A DNA stretch of 64,000 nucleotides from Hemiscyllium ocellatum (Eukaryota): assembly GCF_020745735.1 (NCBI RefSeq), contig NC_083435.1:36915090-36979089 (forward strand), read 5' to 3'. The translations under genes and the position numbers were made by a program. The first letter of the stretch is position 1; every line of letters starts with the position of its first letter. The notes under the pieces were generated by a model. The model was not told the DNA's origin. It saw only the letters and a program-made list of their open reading frames with translations, and searched no databases. Of the stretch, positions 57,540-64,000 are shown piece after piece.

Positions 57540-60500
57540 AAACAGACCCTTCCATTCAACTCATCAGGCCAACCAGATACCCTGAACTGATCTCATCCCA
57601 TTTGCCAGCATTTGACCTGTATGCCTCTAAACCCTTCCTGCCCATGTGCTGGTCCAGATACCTTGTAAATGTTCTATTTTCACACAACTCCATCACTTCC
57701 TCTGGCAGTTCATTCCATCCACCCAACACCCACAGAGTGAAAATGTTGCTGTTCAGGTCCCTTTCCAAGCTTCCCCCTCCTCCCTTAAACCTGTGCACCT
57801 CTAGTTATGAACTGCAACAGCTTGGGGAAAAAATTACTTTGATTATTCATCCTGTCCAAGTCTCTCATGATTATATGAGCCTCCATAAAGTCAATCCTCA
57901 GCCTCTGACTCTCCAGTGGAAAAAGCCTCAGCATATTCAGCCTCTCTCTGTATCTCAAACCTGCCTCATTCCTGGCAGCATCCTTGTAAATCTTTTGTGA
58001 ACCCTTTGATGTTTGATAACATCCTTCCTGCAGCAGGGAGACCAGAATTGAATGTAATGTTGTAAAAGTGGCCAAGCCAATGTCCTGTACTGCCACAACA
58101 TGACCTCCCAATTCTTATACTCAATGCTCTGACCAATAAAGGAAAGCATACCAAATACCTTCTTCACTATCCTATCTACCTGCGTCTCCACTTCCAAGAA
58201 GATATGAAACTGCACTGACAGCATCCTTCCTATAGCAGGGAGAATTGAATGTAATATTTCAAAAGTGGCATAACCAATGTCCTGTACAGCCAGAAAATGA
58301 GATCCTAACTCCGAAACTCAATGCACTGATCAATGACGGCAGGGTCTCCCAATGCCTTTTTCACCACCCTGTCTCCCCGTGACTCCACTTTTAAGGAACT
58401 GAACTTCCAGCCCTCAGTCTCTTTGTTCAGCAACACACCCCAGGGCCCTAACGTTATCTAGATAAGTCCTCTGCTGATTTGCCGAAGAAAAATGCAACAT
58501 CTCACATTTACCTCAAAACGACCTTGTCACTTGTGAGGACAGTGTGGAACAGGCGGATACACTTGAACAGGTCGGAGTAAAGACTGAGGATATGCTGGAA
58601 AGTTTGAAAAACATGGGGCTAGGTAAGTCCTCTGGGCCAGACGGGATATACCCAAGGTTACTAGGAGAAGCAAGGCAAGAGATTGCTGTTCCTTTGGTGA
58701 TGACCTTTGCACCCTCACGATCCACTGGAGTAGTAGCAGATGATTGAAGGATGGCAAAAACTATTCCCTTGTTCAAGAAAGGGAATAGGGATAACCCTGG
58801 GAATTAAAGAGCAGTCGGTGTTATGTTGGCGGTGTAGAAAGTATTGGAGAGCATCCTGAGAAACAGGATTTATCATTATTTGGAAAAGCACAGCTTGGTT
58901 AAAGATGGTTTTGTGAGGGGCAGGTCATGCCTCACAAGCCTTATTGAACTCTTTTGAGGATGTGAGAAGAATGAACCAGGCCAGGTGTTAGATTTGGAAG
59001 TAGGTGAGCACTTTGGTGATAGTGATCACAATTTATTTTCATTTACGTTAGCAATGGAAAGGGATAGATATATAGCGCAAGGCAAGCGTTATAGTTGGGG
59101 GAAAACAATTATGAGGAGATTAGGCAAGATTTAGGATGGATAGGATGGGGAAGGAAACTGCAGGGGATGGGCCCAATTGAAATGTGGAGCTTATTCAAGG
59201 AACAGCTACTGCATGTCCTTAATAAGTATGTATCTGTCAGGCAGGGAGGAAATGGTCGAGCGAGGGAACTGTGGTTTACAAAAGAAGTTGAATCTCTTGT
59301 CAAGTGGGGAAGGAGGCTTCTGCTAAAATGAGGTGTGAAGGCTCAGCTAGTGTGCTTGGGAGATACAAGTTAGCCAGGAAGGAGCTAAAGAGGGAGCTAA
59401 GAGGATCAGGAGGGGACAGGAGAAGTCATTGGCAGGAAAACCCTCAAGCTTTTTATAGGTATGTCAGGAAGAAAGTAATGACTAGAGTTAGATTAGGGCC
59501 AGGTGAAAATGAGGACAGCAGATCCTGGAGAATAGAGTCGAGGGTATGGTGCTGGAAAAGCACAGCAGGTCAGGCAACATCCAAGGATCAGGAAAAACAG
59601 CAGAAGCAATTAATCAGGAATGAGGCTGGGAGCCTCGGGGCTGGAGAAATAAATGGGAAGGAGGGTGGGGCTCAGGGAATGGGAGCTGACAGTGCAATAG
59701 GTGGATGGAGGTGGGGGTAATGGTGACAGGTCAGAGCAGAGGGTGGAGCAGATAGGTGCGAAAGAAGATGGACTGGTGGGACAGATCATAGGGTGGTGCT
59801 GAGCTGGAAGGTTGGAACTGGAGTAATGTGGAAAGAGGGAAATTGGTGAAATCCACCAAGGCAGAAGGTGAAGCGTTCCTCCTCCAGGCATCAGGTGGGA
59901 AGGGAGTGGCGATGGAGGAGGCCCAGGACCTGCATGTCCTTGGTGGAGTGGGAGGAAGAATTGAAGTGTTTGGCCGCGGGGCAGTGGGGTTGGTTGGTGT
60001 GGGTGTCCTGGAGATGCTTTCTGAAGCGTTCTGTGACTAGGTGTCCTGTCTCCCTAATGTAGAGGGAAGCACATCAGGAGCAACAGGTACAGTGAATGAC
60101 ATGTGTGGAGGTGCAGGTAAAACTCTGATGGATCTGGGGCCTTGGACAAGGGTGAGGGGGGAGGTGTGGGTGCAGGTTTTGTAATTCCTGTGGTGGCAGG
60201 GGAAGGTGCCAGGAAGGGAAGGGTGGGTAGTTGGCGGGCGTGGACCTGGCCAAGTGGTCGCCAGGGTTTTTAAAAATCCATTAAGGACAAAAGGGTAACT
60301 GGGGAGAGAATAGGACCCCTCAAAGATCAGCAAGGTGGCCTTTATGTGGAGGTACAGGAGACAGGGGAGATACTAAATGAGTATTTTGCATCAGTGTTTA
60401 TTGTGGAAAACGACATGGAAGACATAGAACGTAGGGAAATAATTGGTGACATCTTGAAAAATGTCCATATTACAGAGGAGGAAGTTCTGGATGTTTTACA

Positions 60501-61440
60501 ACACATAATAATGACCTGATCAGGTGTGTCCTAGAACTTTGTGGGAAGCTAGGGAAGTGATTGCTGGGCCTCTTGCTGAGATTTTTGTATCATCGGTAGT
60601 CATGGGTGGGGTGCCGGAAGACTGAAGGTTGGCTAACGTGGTGCCACTGTTTAAGCAGGATGGTAAGGACAAGCCAGGGAACTATAGACCAGTGAACTTG
60701 CCGTTGGTGGTGAGCAAGTTGTTGGAGGGAATCTTGAGGGACAGGATGTATATGTATTTGGAAAGGAAAGGACTGGTTGGGGATAGTCACATGTCTTTGT
60801 GCATGGGAAATCATGTCTCACAAACTTGATTGAGTTTTTGTGAAGAAGGAACAAAGAGGATTGGTGAGGTCAGAGCGGTGAGCATGATCTATATGGACTT
60901 CAGTAAGGCATTCAACAAGGTTCCCCATGGGAGACTGATTAGCAAGGATAGAGTTCATGGAATACATGGAGAACCAGCCATTTGGATACAGAACTGGGTC
61001 AAAGGTAGACAGCAGAGGGTGGTGGTGGAGGGTTGTTTTTCAGACTGGAAACCTGTGACCAGTGGAGTGCCACAAGGATCAGTGCTGGGTCCTCTACTTT
61101 TCATCATTTACATAGATCAGTTGCAGATAGGGGTGGAAGAGTGGAAGATGGAGGTCAATCGAGGTAAGTGTGAGGTGATGCGTTTTGGGAGATGAGATGT
61201 TAAGCAAAAGAATACCTTTAATGGCAGGACTCTGAACAGCATTGATATACAGAAGGATCTTGGGGTTCAAGTCCATAGCTCCCTGAAAGTGACCACCCAA
61301 GTAGAGAGGGTGGTAAAGAAGGCATATGGCACGCTTGCCTTTACAGTCGGGGAATTGATTAAAAGAGTCAGGATGTCATATTGCAGCTTTGTAAGATTGT
61401 TCCACTTAGGCCACACTTCGAGTATTGCATTCAATTCTGG
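57540..61440. mobile_element. Mosaic of CR1 fragments (minus 57540-58500; plus 58520-59490 and 60260-61440)
   Basis: [61 protein letters not shown]. Confidence 0.9.
59500..60260 (-). mobile_element. PLE 3' fragment (GIY-YIG, tail, foldback-type end)
   Basis: PGTFPCHHRNYKTC..; reverse complement of the HFN/ILGLL/EEERLIF motifs; tail shared with 32590-32680. Confidence 0.85.
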
Positions 61441-61918
61441 TCGTCACATTACCAGGCCCCTCTCCCTGTTCAGACTTTTCCTGCACCATTACATCAAACA
61501 GGGTGTCCATTCACTGAACTTCAACTCCTTCATCTTTCTCTTTAGTTTTTCCTTTGTGCTATGAATTATGACGGTGGGATCTTGTTACTACACAGTCTGG
61601 GAAAATTCCAGGGTATTTTTCTTTTAACTCCTCAGTTCCCTGGTCTTCCTTTGGTTTCTCCACAACAAGGGGTGTCACTCCCACCTTGGATCCTGCTAGA
61701 TCGTTCCCAAGAATAACTATATTCCTGGAACTGACCCTCTGTCCATCACTCCCACTGTTACTTCCCCAGCCTTGATTTGACTCTCCAACCTGATCTTACA
61801 CTGGAGAACACAAAATGTCCATCTATTCCACAAACTACCACTGTCTCAGGTCACATGTCAGATACAGTGCAAATACAGTCATCTCTTTCTATTAGCGTCT
61901 GATTGAATTCCTTATCTT

Positions 61919-62620
61919 TCAAAATTTTAACATCTTTGCCTTCTCTCCCCTTCTTTCTGAATAAACTTTCCCCATGGAGGTGATGTCTTTATAGAGACCA
62001 GGCACTAACTCAGTCCCCAGCCCGTGCCGAGGCTGTGCACTCTCCTGCAGATCCTCGACTTCCCTTGGGGTTTCCTTCCCCAATGTCACTAATGCCACTG
62101 GCTTCGCCTCCTTTACCACATTTTGTCCCATAGTGCCTTTCTTCAACAACCAGCACTGTGACTTTCCATGTCCCACCTTCCATATCCTGCCTTTCACCTC
62201 CTTTCCATCCTTTTCGGCTTCTTCTTTCACCTGTGGTAAACGATTCCCTGTGTGCTCTCCTCTTTGTTGTGTAGTGTAGGATCTCCCCTTCTCCCAGTTT
62301 CTATCCCTCACAGGATGAAATGCTTGCTGGAAGCTGAAATTTGCCGTATGTACCAACGCACATTCTTCTGCCAGCTCTGCTGCTCCTCTCACTTTTTGCA
62401 CTCTCTGTTCATCCAGATAAATTCTTATCATCTCTGGACATGAGTTTTTAAACTCCTCCAGCAAAATAATCTCTCTGAGAGCCTCATCGGTCTTATCTAG
62501 TTTTAAGGCCTGCACCCATCTATCACAATTACCGTGTGTAATGCTTTTGAACGCAGTGTAAGTCTGACCTGGTTCCTGCTTTCTGTTTGAATCACTGTCG
62601 ATATGCTTCTGGTACCAATT
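61919..62620 (-). mobile_element. Gypsy (Gmr1-like) gag remnant with SCAN-like capsid segment
   Basis: EALREIILLEEFKNSCPEMIRIYLDEQRVQKVRGAAELAEECALVH followed by a decayed CCHC knuckle (KVGHGKSQCW). Confidence 0.75.
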
Positions 62621-62829
62621 CATGAGCTCCCAAAGTAGCCTGTTTGCCATCTGCATGATCTCTTGACCCATCATCTGACAGTGTTGCCTATATCTCACTC
62701 AAACTGCCTCCCAGCTCAGTCTGACCTAGCATTACCCACAAGTTCTCTGACCACTCCATCCACCACACCAATTTTTTTAACTGACATAAAGACAGCTTCG
62801 ACATCTTTCTCATCAACATGTGGCAATGT

Positions 62830-63975
62830 TTAAACACTTTTCAAAAATTCATTTGCAGGATTTGGGTGTCGCTGGCTGGGTCAGCATTGATAGCCCATCC
62901 CTATTTACCCTGGAGAAGGTAGTGGGGAGCTTCTTGAATCACTGCAGTCCACGTGCTGTGGGTTAACACACAGTGCCGGTAGGGAGGGAAGTCCTGGATT
63001 TTGACCCAGTGACTGTGAAGGAACGGCGGTATATTTCCAAGTCAGGATGGTGAGTGGCTTGGAGGGGAACTTGCAGGGGGTGGTGTTCCCAAGTACCTGC
63101 TGCCCTTGTCCTTCTCGATGGAAGTAGTCGTGGGTTTGGAAGGTGCTGTCTAAGGATCTTTGGTGAATTTCTGCAGTTTGTCTTGTAGATAGTGCACACG
63201 CTGCTACTGAGCACTGGTGGTGGAGGGATTGAAGGTTTGTGGATGTGGTGCTAATCAAGTGGGGGCTGCTTTGTCCTGGATGGTGTCAAGTTCCTTGAGT
63301 GTTGTTGGAGCTGGACCCATCCAGTGCAAGTGGGGGGGATCCCATCACACCCCCGCCTTGTGCCTGTAGATGGTGGATCGACTTTGGGGGGTCAGGAGGC
63401 GGGTTACCTGCTGCTGTATCCCATGTCTCTGACCTGCTCTTGCAGCCACTGTGTTTATGTGGTGAGTCCAATTGTGTTTCTGGTCAGTAGTGATCCCAAG
63501 GATGTTGACAGTCGGGGATTCAGTGATGGTAATACCATTGAATGCCAAGGGGCAGTGGTTAGAGTGTCTCTTATTGGTGATGGTCATTGTCTGGTATATT
63601 TATATGATTTTGGTTACTTGTGGTTGGTTAAATTAAAAGTGAGGGAAATGGCTCTTAAGAATTGCAGAAGAGGTATGTCCTTCCACTATCTTTCTAAATG
63701 GTGCGAATGTTACTTGCCACTTGTCAGCCCAGCCTGAATATTGTCCAGGTCGTGTTGCATTTGAGCACGGACTCCTTCAGTACTTGAGGAGTCGCGAATG
63801 GTGCTGAACGCTGTGTAACCATCAGCGAACATCCCCACTTCTGACCTTATGGCAGAGGGAAGGTCATTGATGAAGCAGCTGAAGATGGTTGGGCCTAGGA
63901 CACTACCCTGAGGGACTCCTGCAGAGATGTCCTGGAGCTGAGATGACTGACTCTCCACAACAACAACAACTCCAT
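62830..63975 (-). mobile_element. CR1/L2-group LINE 3' part (family distinct from the main CR1)
   Basis: [28 protein letters not shown]; ESPTVNILGIT.DQK.NWTHHINTVA; degenerate relative at about 52250-52560. Confidence 0.85.
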
Positions 63976-64000
63976 TTGTATATCTCACTACCTTTTCTCT

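Overview
AT-rich, repeat-dense eukaryotic genomic DNA, inferred to be from a cartilaginous fish (probably a shark) from its repeat families and gene sequences. It is not bacterial and has no CRISPR, rRNA or true tRNA genes. Most of the window is a nested mosaic of CR1-type LINEs, several Penelope-like element (PLE) families, two Tx1-type LINEs, tRNA-derived SINEs, Gypsy remnants and an internally deleted endogenous retrovirus (LTR-PBS-env-PPT-LTR, 30505-33184, minus). Host-gene content: (i) a non-classical MHC class I-like locus, with alpha2 exon 12187-12462, alpha3 exon 12580-12858 and several phase-1 cytoplasmic-tail-like mini-exons; its alpha2 lacks both canonical cysteines and I could not find an alpha1 exon. 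(ii) A GVIN1/VLIG pseudogene split by a near full-length PLE that sits where the GTPase domain should be. (iii) An apparently intact two-exon GPR139/142-like GPCR (minus, 53256-53190 + 47825-46915, 325 aa). The most notable hidden layer is a set of minimal type I hammerhead ribozyme motifs at PLE termini. One is a 200-bp foldback carrying back-to-back hammerheads with a compensatory U3-A8 core (23883-24082). Another is an intact motif in sense orientation in the GPCR intron. All family assignments come from motif recognition by eye; no database searches or folding were run, and repeat boundaries are approximate.
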